DNA of 64,000 nucleotides, taken from an uncultured delta proteobacterium. GTDB taxonomy: Bacteria; Desulfobacterota; Binatia; Binatales; Binataceae. The stretch covers positions 1 through 64,000 of the forward strand of contig CAVRVY010000004.1 in assembly GCA_963724765.1 (NCBI GenBank), given 5' to 3'. Below the pieces are notes generated by a model that did not search any database, was not told the DNA's origin, and saw only the letters and a program-made list of their open reading frames with translations. Below, piece by piece: positions 40,679 through 51,358 of this stretch. Each line of letters opens with the position of its first letter. Position 1 is the first letter of the stretch. A program made the position numbers and the translations under genes.

Positions 40679-43663
40679 ATGCGGCGCATCGCGCCGTTGT
40701 GGATGTTCGCATCGCTGATGCTTTTGGCGCTCGCCGGCGTATGCGCAGCGGCGGGCGCGCCTACTGCGGCGCCGGCGCAGACCGGCAAGCTGCCCGGAAT
40801 GATCTCCGGCCTGCTGCTGCTCGCGCTGCTTTGCTATTCGATTTACGTCTTGGCCGCTCCGCTACTGAAGGATCGCGACCGTTCGCTGATGTGGGCGCTC
40901 GCGATTCTGCTCGCAGTCGCGATCGTCAAACTCGCGCTGCTGCCGTGGTTTGACGGCTACAAAAACGACGTCTCCAGCTACGAATCGTGGGCGCTCGAGA
41001 TGGCCTCCGGGGGCCCCGCGGGCATCTATCGCGCCGGCTACTTTCTCGACTATCCGCCCGGCTACCTCTACGCGCTGTGGCTTGCTGGAATTATCGCGCA
41101 AGCGACCGGCGCGGCGGGTGTCATGCTCAGGATGATCGTCGAAGCTCCGGCGCTGGTGGCCGACTTCGCGCTCGCTCTGCTGGTTTTTATTTTCGTCCGG
41201 CGCACCGCGCCGGCGCGGCGCACGGCGGCCTACGTCGCGATGCTGCTGGTGGCGCTGAATCCGGCGCTCGGCTTCGACACGATCGTGTGGGGCCAGAGCG
41301 ACTCGGCCCTGACCGTTGTGATCATGCTGAGCGCGGCGCTGGCGCTCGACGGCGAGTTCGAACTGGCCTGGGGCGTGGCCGTGCTAAGCGTGCTGGTGAA
41401 GCCGCAGGCGCTGATGTACGTACCCGTGCTCGGATTGTGGACGTGGCTCAAACTGCCGTACGAGCAATGGTGGCGTTCGGCACTGGCCGCCGTGGTCGTG
41501 GCCGTGGTGGGAGTGCTGCCATTTCAGTTCGGCCATCCCTGGTACTGGATTATCGAGCTGTATCATTCGACCGCGGCGTATTATTCCGAGACTTCCGTTA
41601 ACGCGTTCAACCTGATGGCGCTTATGGGCGGGCTACGCAGGCCGGACGCCGGCACCATCGCGGGCCTGTCGTATTTCAGTCTCGGAATGGGGCTGCTCGT
41701 GCCGCTCTACGCGTTTATCGGATGGCGGCTTTGGAATGAGCGCGCGCCGTGCGGCCTGATGTTCGCGATTTTCGCGGCGGTGTTTGGATTCTTCATGCTC
41801 GCGCCGCGGATGCACGAGCGCTACCTTTACGCGAGTCTGGTTTTCGCCGCGCCGCTCGCGGTGGAAGGCGCGGAAATGGCGACCGTGTTCGCGATCCTCA
41901 CGGCCACCTGCCTGTTCAACCTCGCCTATGTGCTGCACATACTCGACACCACCGTATTTCTCGATTCGCGCGACACTCTCGCGATGTTGGCGTCGGCGAT
42001 AAACGTCGTGGCTTTTGCGCTGGCGGTCGACTATGGCCTCGGCCTGGCCGATGGTGCAGGACCGCTCTGGCGGAAGCTTGTTCCGCATAGTAGCCGGCCG
42101 GACCGGCTGAGCGCGGACTTCACGGATGCCCACCCGCGCCGGGACGGGGCCTTAAAGGACGCGGCTTCAAAGGACGCCCCTTCAATCGAGCGCGCGCCCG
42201 AACCGCTGATCGCTATTCCATGGTTGCGCGCCGACACGATAGTGCTGGCGGCGCTGGTCGCCGCCGCCGCCGCGACCCGCCTTTGGCATCTCGGACATCC
42301 GGCGGAGATCGTCTTCGACGAGGTTCACTTCGTGGCGCAGGCCCGCCATTACATCCGCGCCGAGCCGTTCCTCGACCCGCATCCGCCACTGGCGAAGCTG
42401 GTGATCGCGGCCGGCATCCTGCTCTTCGGCGACCATCCGTGGAGCTGGCGGATCGGCAACGCGCTCATCGGAATTCTGCTGGTCGCGCTGACCTACATGC
42501 TGGGGCGGCGGCTGTTCGCCTCGCGCCTGGCGGGCGCGCTCGCGGCTTCGTTCATCATCTGCGACGGGATGTTCCTGGTGGACTCGCGCATCGCGGTGAT
42601 CGATATCGTCTATCTGACATTCGCCGCGTGGTCGTACCTGCTGCTGTTCCGCTTCGCCGAGTCGAGTGGTCATCGCGACCGCCGCCGCGCCCTGGCCGCG
42701 ATGGGCATTACGCTGGGACTGTGCCTGGGCTCGAAACTATATGTCCCAGGGGTGACATTCCTTTTGTGCACGGGCTTCGCAGCCTATTTCGTCATGGCCA
42801 CTGTGCGCTCCCAGCGCGCCGCGCCGCTGGCCGCGCGCACCTGGCGGGCGGCGGGTGCGCTGTTGATAGTCGGATCGTTGAGCGCGGCGTTTTACATCGC
42901 GGTCTTCATGCCGCATTTCTTGCTTGGATGGTGGGCCGGGATCGCGGACCTCTTCCACTACTACGGCGACGTGATGTGGTACGAAGCCAGCGTCAAGAAC
43001 GCGACCCATCCGTATGCCTCGCCGTGGTGGAGTTGGCCGCTGATGCTGCGGCCGATCGCGTACTGGCAAAACTTTCCGCCGCAGGGCAAAGTTGCGACGA
43101 TCTGGGGCGGCGGAAATCCACTTCTGTGGTGGAGCGCGCTGACCGCAATCACGATCACCGCCGTGCGCGCGCTGGAACGGCCGAACCCGGCGCGCACGTT
43201 CCTGGTCGTTGGCTACCTTTCGTATCTCGTGATGTGGATGCCGGTCGGGCGCACGCTGTTCCTGTATCACTATATGCCGTCGGTCTACCTGGGCTATCTG
43301 GCGCTGGCGGCGATCGTCGCCGATGCGTGGCGGGGCGAGGCCGAGATGTGGGAATGCGCCGCGCTGCTGGTAACGATGGTACCGGCGTGCCTTTTGGGAC
43401 TTGGCTTTTGGGCGGGGCTGCTGCCGAGTGCCGCGCTGGCGCTGTTGGCGATCTACCTGCTCGCTACAGAAATAGCTCCCGGCAGCCTTCCCGATTTCGA
43501 GCCTGCGCGATGGGCGCCGCGGCTGGTCGCGGTCCTGTTCGTGATCGCGGCGGTCAGCCTGTTCGTCTACTACTTTCCGATCTGGACAGGAATTTCGATC
43601 GATCGCGCGGGTTACTATAGGCGGATGTGGTTGCAAGGTCCGGGGCTGCGCAACTGGATATGA
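40679..43663 (+). CDS. Fused GT-C glycosyltransferase: GT87-like domain plus protein O-mannosyltransferase (PMT/GT39) domain
   Basis: N-terminal half DYPPGY, WGQSDS, KPQ, RMHERY; C-terminal half VFDEVHF, DPHPPLAK, HPYASPWWSWPLMLRP, GNP, FLYHYMP. Start uncertain. Confidence 0.85.
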   Translation: MRRIAPLWMFASLMLLALAGVCAAAGAPTAAPAQTGKLPGMISGLLLLALLCYSIYVLAAPLLKDRDRSLMWALAILLAVAIVKLALLPWFDGYKNDVSSYESWALEMASGGPAGIYRAGYFLDYPPGYLYALWLAGIIAQATGAAGVMLRMIVEAPALVADFALALLVFIFVRRTAPARRTAAYVAMLLVALNPALGFDTIVWGQSDSALTVVIMLSAALALDGEFELAWGVAVLSVLVKPQALMYVPVLGLWTWLKLPYEQWWRSALAAVVVAVVGVLPFQFGHPWYWIIELYHSTAAYYSETSVNAFNLMALMGGLRRPDAGTIAGLSYFSLGMGLLVPLYAFIGWRLWNERAPCGLMFAIFAAVFGFFMLAPRMHERYLYASLVFAAPLAVEGAEMATVFAILTATCLFNLAYVLHILDTTVFLDSRDTLAMLASAINVVAFALAVDYGLGLADGAGPLWRKLVPHSSRPDRLSADFTDAHPRRDGALKDAASKDAPSIERAPEPLIAIPWLRADTIVLAALVAAAAATRLWHLGHPAEIVFDEVHFVAQARHYIRAEPFLDPHPPLAKLVIAAGILLFGDHPWSWRIGNALIGILLVALTYMLGRRLFASRLAGALAASFIICDGMFLVDSRIAVIDIVYLTFAAWSYLLLFRFAESSGHRDRRRALAAMGITLGLCLGSKLYVPGVTFLLCTGFAAYFVMATVRSQRAAPLAARTWRAAGALLIVGSLSAAFYIAVFMPHFLLGWWAGIADLFHYYGDVMWYEASVKNATHPYASPWWSWPLMLRPIAYWQNFPPQGKVATIWGGGNPLLWWSALTAITITAVRALERPNPARTFLVVGYLSYLVMWMPVGRTLFLYHYMPSVYLGYLALAAIVADAWRGEAEMWECAALLVTMVPACLLGLGFWAGLLPSAALALLAIYLLATEIAPGSLPDFEPARWAPRLVAVLFVIAAVSLFVYYFPIWTGISIDRAGYYRRMWLQGPGLRNWI

Positions 43664-44571
43664 GTATGCGCGTGAAGGCCGCATTAGCTATCGTCGCCGG
43701 TATCGCGATCGAATTCGCAATCGCAATCGTTATCGCTATCGGGATGGTGCCGCTCGCGAGCACCTGTTGCCGCGCCGCCGCGAGCGCGCCGCTTTCAGGC
43801 AGCGCCCAAACGACGGGCGTCACTGCCGCGTCACCAACGGCCAGCGCCGGCGCCACGGGGGTTCCGGCCGGGCCCAATCTGCTTTCCAATGGCGACTTCG
43901 CGAAGGGCGCTGGTAAATCGCCCGACCACTGGCGCACCGGCGGATGGAACGAGTCGCCGGCGTTCACGACCTACGACTGGCTGCACACCGACGGCAGCGA
44001 GCCGGAGTTGGTCGTCAACAACCTTCAGGCCAACGACGCGCGATGGCTCCAGACGCTGACCCTCGGGCCGGGATGGTATTACGTCGGCGCCGAGGCGCGC
44101 ACCGAGGAGGTCCCGCTCAACGCCGCCGGCGCGAGCGTGAGTCTCGACGAGGACAGTATCAATTCCCCGGATCTCCATGGCGCCGCCGACTGGCAGAGGC
44201 TTGGCTTGTATCTCAAGGTCGGCGCGCACGGCGCGGACGTCGACGTCGCGCTCAGGCTCGGCGGCTTCGGCAGCCTCAACACGGGCCGCGCATACTTCCG
44301 CAAGGCGCGCGTGGTGAAACTCGACGCGCTGCCCGCGAACGCGGCGCCCGTATTCGATCTCAGCGTCGTGCGGCGGAGCCTGGTGGCGCCGCCGGTGGGC
44401 AGACCGTGGACGCTGGTGGCCGTGTTCATGCTGCTGGCGATCGTGACGGTGGTCGGATGGATTATCTATGGCGCCGACGATCTCGCGCCGGCGCCGACCA
44501 AAACCGAGCCGCCGCGACCGATGACGAGGAGCGAGCGCCGCCGCCAGGATGCTGCCCGCCGCCGCCGCTGA
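43660..44571 (+). CDS. Membrane-anchored protein with a carbohydrate-binding (CBM4/9-like) domain
   Basis: NLLSNGDF, NDARWLQ, DWQRL, RLGGFGS.NTG; N- and C-terminal hydrophobic segments; ATGA overlap with the GT gene. Confidence 0.65.
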   Translation: MSMRVKAALAIVAGIAIEFAIAIVIAIGMVPLASTCCRAAASAPLSGSAQTTGVTAASPTASAGATGVPAGPNLLSNGDFAKGAGKSPDHWRTGGWNESPAFTTYDWLHTDGSEPELVVNNLQANDARWLQTLTLGPGWYYVGAEARTEEVPLNAAGASVSLDEDSINSPDLHGAADWQRLGLYLKVGAHGADVDVALRLGGFGSLNTGRAYFRKARVVKLDALPANAAPVFDLSVVRRSLVAPPVGRPWTLVAVFMLLAIVTVVGWIIYGADDLAPAPTKTEPPRPMTRSERRRQDAARRRR

Positions 44572-44592
44572 AATTCCGTAACGCGGCTTTCC

Positions 44593-45678
44593 TCAGCCCT
44601 GCTGCGGCAGCAACGCCGCGCGCGTCACCTCGCGCCGCTCGCTCTTGTCCAGCGCTTCGGCCGCCCTCGAGAGCGGAAAGGTCGCGTCGCACAGCTCGCG
44701 GTACGGATAGCGGTCGATATGCATCGCGAGGAAGTCGAGCGACTTCTTGAGATAGTTCGGCGGATACATCACCACGCCGATTATCTCCAGCGACTTGAAC
44801 GTCACCCGCCACGGCGCGATTGGCGCGGTCAGCGCGGGCGAGATGTTGCCGATTTCGATCACCCGGCCGCCGATCGAGGCAAGTTCGAGCGCGTCGACGA
44901 ACGCCTCGGGCACACCGGCGACTTCGATTACGACGTCGGGCGCGCCGCCGATAAGCTCGCGAATCCACTTCTGGCGCGCGTCGGCCGTCGCATACTGGCG
45001 CAGATCGATCGTGGCGTCGGCGCCGAACTTTAGCGCCTCTTCGAGCCGATGCTCGACCCCGTCGATCGCGATTACGTGCGCCCCGCGCGCCTTCGCGAGC
45101 GCCATCGCATGCAACCCCAGTCCGCCCGCGCCCTGCACCACCAGGCTCTCGCCGTAACGCACGCGGGCCTTGTCCAGACCCCAGTAAACCTGCGACATCG
45201 CGCAGTTGGCCGACGCCGCGACCAGGTCGGGCACGTTGTCAGGGATGCGGTAGAAGTTCTGGTTGGCGCGTACGATGTAGTGCGTAGCGAAGGTCGAAGT
45301 GAAGTGCGGCGCTTCGCTGGGATGGCGCACGCCGAAGCCTTTGTTGGTGCACGCGGCCTGGTTGCCCACGACGCAATTCGAGCATCGGTTGCACACCGAG
45401 TAATACACCGGCGCGATGCGGTCGCCGGCCTTGACCGGCACTCCCGCCCAATCGGTCTTCACCCCGTCGCCCAACGCATCGATGCGCCCGGCCATCTCAT
45501 GGCCCGGCGCGATGCCGTGGCGCCCACCGAACTCGCCGCGCCACATGTGGACCTCAGAGCCGCAGACGTTGCTCTGGGTAACCTCGGCGATAAGACCGCC
45601 GGGCGGTGGGGCCGGAACGTCGTATTCATGGAACTCGATCTTGTGCTCGCCGGGGATAAAGGCGATTTTTCCTTTCAT
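44593..45678 (-). CDS. Zinc-binding alcohol dehydrogenase (MDR family)
   Basis: CGSE.H, GHE, CNRCSNC...C, GAGGLG; AGGAG RBS before ATG 45678. Confidence 0.9.
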   Translation of the reverse strand: MKGKIAFIPGEHKIEFHEYDVPAPPPGGLIAEVTQSNVCGSEVHMWRGEFGGRHGIAPGHEMAGRIDALGDGVKTDWAGVPVKAGDRIAPVYYSVCNRCSNCVVGNQAACTNKGFGVRHPSEAPHFTSTFATHYIVRANQNFYRIPDNVPDLVAASANCAMSQVYWGLDKARVRYGESLVVQGAGGLGLHAMALAKARGAHVIAIDGVEHRLEEALKFGADATIDLRQYATADARQKWIRELIGGAPDVVIEVAGVPEAFVDALELASIGGRVIEIGNISPALTAPIAPWRVTFKSLEIIGVVMYPPNYLKKSLDFLAMHIDRYPYRELCDATFPLSRAAEALDKSERREVTRAALLPQQG

Positions 45679-45797
45679 CTCACTGACTCCTTGATGGGCT
45701 TGGTCCGCGCGCCAGTTGCGTAGCGCGAACCGCTTGATCGTGATGTTGGGTTTCGCTTTCCCAATGAGCAATGTCAAGGGTGACGATCGTCGCGCCA

Positions 45798-46322
45798 CTA
45801 GCTCGCCGGCTTGACGTAGGTGGGGCGATGGAGTGTGGCGGCTTCCTCGGCGACTTGCTTGAGCAGACGTGCCTCGGCTTTGCCGCGCGAGACGCATTGG
45901 ATGTCGCGCGGCGGATGGAGTGGAACATAGAGCGGCGCGCTGAAGGTCGCCTGCACGCTGACGGTACTTGCCTCGTGGCCCTTGGGCTTGACCTTGAAGT
46001 AGTAGACCACGGTCGCGGCGCGGTCGGGCACGGCGGCGTATTTGCTGCTGACGCCTTTGAGCTTGCCGCAGTCGGCGTCCTCGAGCGTGAATTGATTCGT
46101 CTCGGTCTCGACGATGCCTTGGTTGGGGTCGTCGGCATTGACGCGGAGCTTGTTGTCCCTGATTACATTGTGCACGGCGTCCCAGACCAGGTCGTAAGGC
46201 TGCCCGAGTGTGATCATGTCCTTGCTCGGGGCGGGAGGCTTCTGCGTCGGCGGATAGAAACATCCGCTCGCCATTGAGGCCATCCCGAGGGCCATCACGG
46301 CCCATCGTCGTACCAGCGTCAT
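45798..46322 (-). CDS. Hypothetical lipoprotein
   Basis: Lipobox-like ASGC; CVSRGKAE near the C-terminus. Confidence 0.65.
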   Translation of the reverse strand: MTLVRRWAVMALGMASMASGCFYPPTQKPPAPSKDMITLGQPYDLVWDAVHNVIRDNKLRVNADDPNQGIVETETNQFTLEDADCGKLKGVSSKYAAVPDRAATVVYYFKVKPKGHEASTVSVQATFSAPLYVPLHPPRDIQCVSRGKAEARLLKQVAEEAATLHRPTYVKPAS

Positions 46323-46543
46323 CGTTACGGTCGCGCACTCATTCCAAATTTATTCTGGCCAAATCGGTTCTGGCCAATTCTATTCCGGCCTTTCAGCGGG
46401 CGCCCCATTTCAGCCGACGGGACGGGTCCGGTGCAACGGTTTTGGCCCGCAGGCAAATTAATGGCTCCCCCGCGATGTGCCGATGTGGTAGGCTGACGGC
46501 GGGGCGGACGGCCACGATGGGCCGCGCCCGCGGGGCGTTACCA

Positions 46544-47296
46544 ATGTCGGGTCATTCAAAATGGAGTTCGATTAAGCATAAGAAAGCGGCGCGCGACTCC
46601 AAGCGCGGCAAGCTTTTTACCAAACTTATCAAGGAAATCACTATAGCGGCGCGCCTGGGGGGCGGCGACATCAATTCGAACCCGCGCCTGCGCACCGCGG
46701 TCACCACTGCGCGCGCGCAATCGATGCCCAATGACAATATCGATCGCGCGATCAAAAAGGGCACCGGCGAGCTCGGCGGCGGGCAGCTCGATGAAGTGGT
46801 CTACGAGGGTTACGGGCCGGGCGGCGTCGCGATCATCGCCGACGTGCTGACCGACAACCGCAATCGCGTGGTCGCCGAGCTGCGCTTCATTCTCTCGCGC
46901 CACGGCGGCAACCTTGGCGAGTCGAATTGCGTGGGCTGGATGTTCAAGAAGCGTGGCGTGATTACGGTCGAGCGCAGCGCGATCGATGAAGACCGCCTGA
47001 TGGAGCTTGCGCTGGAGGCCGGCGCCGACGATGTCGTCGCTGACAGCGAAACTTTCCAGGTGATGACCGCGCCCGAGGCGTTCGGCGCCGTGCGTGACGC
47101 GCTGGACGCGGCCAGGATTCCGATGGTCAGCGCCGAGGTGGTCAAGACTCCCGAGAATACGGTGCGGGTCTCCGGCCATACCGCCGAGCAGGTGCTGAAA
47201 TTGATGGAGGAGCTCGAGGACCATGAAGAGGTCCAGAGCGTCGCCTCCAACTTCGACATCAGCGACGAGGAATTGGCGCAGTTCTCGGCGGCCTAG
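46544..47296 (+). CDS. yebC: YebC/PmpR family protein
   Basis: MSGHSKWSSIKHKK, YEGYGPGG, TDNRNR. Confidence 0.96.
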   Translation: MSGHSKWSSIKHKKAARDSKRGKLFTKLIKEITIAARLGGGDINSNPRLRTAVTTARAQSMPNDNIDRAIKKGTGELGGGQLDEVVYEGYGPGGVAIIADVLTDNRNRVVAELRFILSRHGGNLGESNCVGWMFKKRGVITVERSAIDEDRLMELALEAGADDVVADSETFQVMTAPEAFGAVRDALDAARIPMVSAEVVKTPENTVRVSGHTAEQVLKLMEELEDHEEVQSVASNFDISDEELAQFSAA

Positions 47297-47359
47297 ATTT
47301 TCCGCCTCGCGGGTAAGTGGCTCGTGCCAGCAGGTGGCTCGAGCGAAGAGCTGGTGGTG

Positions 47360-47899
47360 ATGCGGGTGATAGGGCGGGTGATAGGAGTGGACCCGGGCAA
47401 CGTGGTGACCGGGTTCGGCGTGATCGAGGGCAGCGTCGCCCATCCGGCCCATATTGCGGCAGGCACGATTCGTCCCGCGGCCGCATTGCGCGGCGGCGAG
47501 CGCCTCAAGACCATCCACGACCGCCTGCTCGACATTATCGACCAGTACGCGCCGGCCGCGATGAGCCTGGAGCGCAGCTTCGTCGCGGCCAACGTGCAAA
47601 GCGCGTTTCGCCTGGGCGAGGCGCGCGCGATGGCGATGCTGGCGGCGGCGGCGCGCGGCCTGGTGCTGTTCGAGTACACGCCCAACCAGGTCAAGCTGAC
47701 AGTCGCCGGCCACGGCCACGCCGACAAGGCGCAGGTCAAGTTCATGGTGCGCCGCGCGCTCGGCGTGGGCGAGGAAATCGCGCTCGCCGACGACGCCTCC
47801 GACGCGCTCGCGATCGCGCTTTGCCATCTGCTCTGCGCGCGTGTTACGGCGGTGGTCGCCGCGAGCGTGCAGGACAAGCACAAGGCGGGCGCCAGATAG
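47360..47899 (+). CDS. ruvC: Holliday junction resolvase RuvC
   Basis: IGVDPG, E, GHADKAQV, DDASDALAIALCH. Confidence 0.94.
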   Translation: MRVIGRVIGVDPGNVVTGFGVIEGSVAHPAHIAAGTIRPAAALRGGERLKTIHDRLLDIIDQYAPAAMSLERSFVAANVQSAFRLGEARAMAMLAAAARGLVLFEYTPNQVKLTVAGHGHADKAQVKFMVRRALGVGEEIALADDASDALAIALCHLLCARVTAVVAASVQDKHKAGAR

Positions 47900-47931
47900 G
47901 AATCAAATAATCCGATGCGGATGGACGCGAA

Positions 47932-48564
47932 ATGATTGCCAGCCTAAGCGGCAGGCTAAAGCAGCGTGACGCCGGGCGGGTGGTGATCGAAACCGGCGGC
48001 GTCGGCTACGAGGTCTTCATCCCGCTTGCGACCTACTATCGCCTGCCCTCGTTGGGTGCGCCGGTCGCGCTGGAGATTCGCCAGGTGGTGCGCGAGGAGG
48101 CGCTCACGTTGTATGGGTTTTTCACCGCGGCCGAGAAGCAGGCCTTCGACCTCCTGATGCTGGTGCAGCACGTCGGCCCCAAGCTCGCGCTCGCGATACT
48201 TTCGGTGCTGTCGCCTGATGAACTGGTGAACGCGATCGCCCGCGAAGACGTGGAACGGCTCGACGCCGTTCCGGGCGTGGGGGCAAAGGTTGCCGAGCGC
48301 GTGGTGCGCGAGTTGCGCGACAAGACCGCGGAGCTGAAGCTGGTCGCCGCCGAACGCGTCGAGGAACTTGACGGCGCGGTCGACGGCGCCGAGGCCGGAG
48401 CGTCGGAGCTCGATGACGCAGTTTCCGCGCTGGTCAACCTGGGCTACAAACCAATCCACGCGCGCCGGGCCGTCGACGCGGCGGCGGCGCGCGGCGGCGG
48501 CGCGAAGCGCGAGCTCGAAGTGATAATCCGCGAATCGCTCGCGGTGCTGGCTGGTGAGAGATAA
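47932..48564 (+). CDS. ruvA: Holliday junction branch migration protein RuvA
   Basis: [40 protein letters not shown]. Confidence 0.95.
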   Translation: MIASLSGRLKQRDAGRVVIETGGVGYEVFIPLATYYRLPSLGAPVALEIRQVVREEALTLYGFFTAAEKQAFDLLMLVQHVGPKLALAILSVLSPDELVNAIAREDVERLDAVPGVGAKVAERVVRELRDKTAELKLVAAERVEELDGAVDGAEAGASELDDAVSALVNLGYKPIHARRAVDAAAARGGGAKRELEVIIRESLAVLAGER

Positions 48565-49600
48565 ACCAGACACGTTGGAGGCCGAGGCCGCCGAAGCGGC
48601 ACGCCTGGCGGCGGCGGGCCAGAGCGAGGAGGATCGCGCGCTCGACCTCTCGTTGCGCCCGCGCGTACTCGGCGAGTTCGTCGGCCAGGAGCGCACGCGG
48701 AAAATTCTCGGCATGTCGATCGAGGCGGCGCGCCAGCGCGGCGAAGTGCTCGACCACGTGCTTTTCTCCGGACCGCCCGGACTGGGCAAGACCTCGCTCG
48801 CCCATATAATCGCGCGCGAGCGCGGCGTCAGCATGCGCTCGACCTCGGGACCGGCGATCGAGCGAGCCGGCGACCTGGCCGCGATCGTCAGCGGCCTGGA
48901 TGAGGGCGACGTGCTGTTTATCGATGAGATTCATCGCCTCGCCCGCCCGGTCGAAGAGGTGCTGTACCCGGCGATGGAGGATTTTGAGCTCAACATCGTG
49001 GTCGGCAAGGGGATGGGCGCGCGCACGATGCCGCTGGCGGTAAAGCCGTTTACGCTGGTCGGCGCGACCACGCGCTCGGGCCTGTTGAGCGCGCCGCTGC
49101 GCGATCGCTTCGGCCAGCATTTTCACCTGGATTTCTACGAGCGCGACGAGCTGACCGAGATTGTCGCGCGCTCGGCGCGGCTGCTCGGCGTCAGGGTGAA
49201 CGACGACGGCGCGCGCGAGATCGCGGGCCGTGCGCGCGGCACACCGCGCGTCGCCAACCGGTTGCTGCGCCGCGTGCGCGACTTCGCCCAGGTCAACGAG
49301 GCCGCCACGGTGACGCGCGAAGTCGCGGTCGGCGCGCTCGAGTTGCTGGAGATCGACGCCTGCGGCTTCGACCGGATGGACCGCGCGATCCTGGCCGCGA
49401 TCATCGACAAGTTCGACGGCGGGCCCGTCGGAGTCGAGAGCCTGGCGGCGGCGGTGGGCGAGGAGGCCGACACTATCGGCGAAGTCTACGAGCCTTACCT
49501 GCTGCAGGAGGGATTTATTGCGCGCACCGCACGCGGCCGCGTCGCGACCGCACGCGCCTACAGCCACCTCGGCCGCACCCGCCGCGGCACGCTACTCTAG
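48554..49600 (+). CDS. ruvB: Holliday junction helicase RuvB
   Basis: [36 protein letters not shown]. Confidence 0.97.
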   Translation: MRDKPDTLEAEAAEAARLAAAGQSEEDRALDLSLRPRVLGEFVGQERTRKILGMSIEAARQRGEVLDHVLFSGPPGLGKTSLAHIIARERGVSMRSTSGPAIERAGDLAAIVSGLDEGDVLFIDEIHRLARPVEEVLYPAMEDFELNIVVGKGMGARTMPLAVKPFTLVGATTRSGLLSAPLRDRFGQHFHLDFYERDELTEIVARSARLLGVRVNDDGAREIAGRARGTPRVANRLLRRVRDFAQVNEAATVTREVAVGALELLEIDACGFDRMDRAILAAIIDKFDGGPVGVESLAAAVGEEADTIGEVYEPYLLQEGFIARTARGRVATARAYSHLGRTRRGTLL

Positions 49601-49799
49601 ATCGCCGGTCAATGGCTTTTTCAGCCGGGAGTTTTTGCAGTCGCCGGCCGCTGTGGCGAAGCCTCGGCAATGCTTTCAGCGTTGAGCTGGAAGAAAAACA
49701 GCGAAGCGGGGTAGGCCACGAGGAAGCAGCGCGACCGGTCCATACAGCCGCAATCGCTTGCCGCCGCGGACTGTCCTGCTCGGCCGTTCGTCGGCTCGT

Positions 49800-50222
49800 C
49801 TATGCCGAGGGCGCGGACGAATTGTGGCGGCAGGCCGGGCAAGGACCCTTGATCCTGACCGCCTCGCCGGTGACCGAGATCGTCGATACCTCGGTGCCGC
49901 CGACCTTCGTGGTGACGAGAATGATCGCGTCGACCTGCTGGCCCCATCGCTCGATCGCCATCTCGCGCAGTTTCTCGTTGATGTGGTCGGTGTCGATGGT
50001 CTCGCCGCTGAGCGGATCGGTGTAGCTGAGTTCGCCAAGCTTCTCGTAGGGTTCGGTGAGGTCGCTGGTATAGATCATCAGCCTCAGACGATCCTGCTCA
50101 ACGTTGATCTTGTGCTGGACTTCCTGCTGCTGGACGTAAGACTGGCACGCAGCCATCAGGAACGTCGCAATAAATATCGGCCAGAACTTCGGCAGGGCCG
50201 CACATTCGACAGGTCTTTTCAT
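49800..50222 (-). CDS. Hypothetical lipoprotein
   Basis: LMAAC lipobox; PYEKLG...DAII...GEAVR resembles a YbjQ-like fold. Confidence 0.6.
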   Translation of the reverse strand: MKRPVECAALPKFWPIFIATFLMAACQSYVQQQEVQHKINVEQDRLRLMIYTSDLTEPYEKLGELSYTDPLSGETIDTDHINEKLREMAIERWGQQVDAIILVTTKVGGTEVSTISVTGEAVRIKGPCPACRHNSSAPSA

Positions 50223-50240
50223 AGCGGCCAGCGTCTGCGC

Positions 50241-50411
50241 CTAGCGCGGCGGCTTTCCGTTACGGCTCTTGTCGCGGCGGCTGTCTATCGCTTTGTTGCC
50301 GAGGCGCAGGATCAATTGACGCACTAAGATTGCCAGCACCACGACCGCGACGATGCGGATCACCGTTGGTACGTTGAAGGTGATTCCGCCGAACTGCTGT
50401 GTTCCGTCCAT
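50241..50411 (-). CDS. Small single-TM protein (56 aa, not in the ORF track)
   Basis: MDGTQQFGGITFNVPTVIRIVAVVVLAILVRQLILRLGNKAIDSRRDKSRNGKPPR; GGAG upstream; directly precedes the lipoprotein gene. Confidence 0.55.
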   Translation of the reverse strand: MDGTQQFGGITFNVPTVIRIVAVVVLAILVRQLILRLGNKAIDSRRDKSRNGKPPR

Positions 50412-50653
50412 CCGCGATAGCTCCCGATTTTGCCGCGTCCGAAATCAGCGCCGGCGTATCCAGACTAAGTAGCGCGAAAGTGCCGCTATCGAAAGCGCCG
50501 ATGCCGCTGCGGGCAACCCCCTCGCCGCGCCACGCGCCGCCGGATGAATCGAAATGCGCGACCCCTGCGTCATCGTTAATGCTCAATCCGGGCGCGCCGC
50601 CATTTTAATCCAGCGGCAGTTCGGCTAATAAGAGCTTCAGCGGGTTTGTTCGA

Positions 50654-51205
50654 ATGACGATGGCAAACAGAGGCCGCGCAGTGCTGGCCGCGATACTGGT
50701 CGCCACTGCGGCGTCGGGGTGGGGATGTGTCTCTCCGGCGGCGGTCAATCCCCCCATCGTGAGTACGACGCCGTTGGGAGTCGCTACGCGTCCGGCCAAG
50801 CCACCGGATTGCGCGATGCCGGTGCTGGACGTCATGCCGCTTGCCGATCATCAGCAGATAGCGCTGGTCGACGCGTGGGGTGACCTTGCCGCCAAGGACC
50901 AAGATCTGCTCACGTATATCAAACGCGAAGGTTGCCAGGTCGGCGCCGATGCCGTCGTGTTGACCTCTAAGCAGACGCAACACGAGGGCGACCTTGTGGG
51001 TGGGGCCGCGCCTGGCCGCTTTGGCAGCATCGGACCCGGCTCGGGGGAGACGCCCGAGGAAGGCGCGCACCTTGCCACTGATGTCGAGGGAGGCGGAAAG
51101 AAGCATCACGCCGTGGTGGGCGAAGCAGGCCATCCCGGTCACTTCATGGGCGGCATCGCAATCGTCTACATCAAGAACGGGAGCGTCCCGGGCAGTAACC
51201 AGTAA
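50654..51205 (+). CDS. Hypothetical lipoprotein
   Basis: Signal peptide ending GWGC; GCQVGADAVVL; GIAIVY. Confidence 0.65.
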   Translation: MTMANRGRAVLAAILVATAASGWGCVSPAAVNPPIVSTTPLGVATRPAKPPDCAMPVLDVMPLADHQQIALVDAWGDLAAKDQDLLTYIKREGCQVGADAVVLTSKQTQHEGDLVGGAAPGRFGSIGPGSGETPEEGAHLATDVEGGGKKHHAVVGEAGHPGHFMGGIAIVYIKNGSVPGSNQ

Positions 51206-51358
51206 AACGAGGTGACCGCCCTAGAATAACAAATAAAGATTAATATAGACAAAAATATTGACGACTCCTCTCCCATCAGGTTAAGATCGAGCGAACATTG
51301 CAGCGTGTCGCTTGGCCCGGCAGGTTGTATGCCGGTCCGGTGCGGAGGAGGTCCAAAG

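Noticed and set aside
44593-46338. 581-aa dehydrogenase with an N-terminal extension
   Set aside because: The extension overlaps a lipoprotein gene in another frame; an RBS supports the start at 45678.
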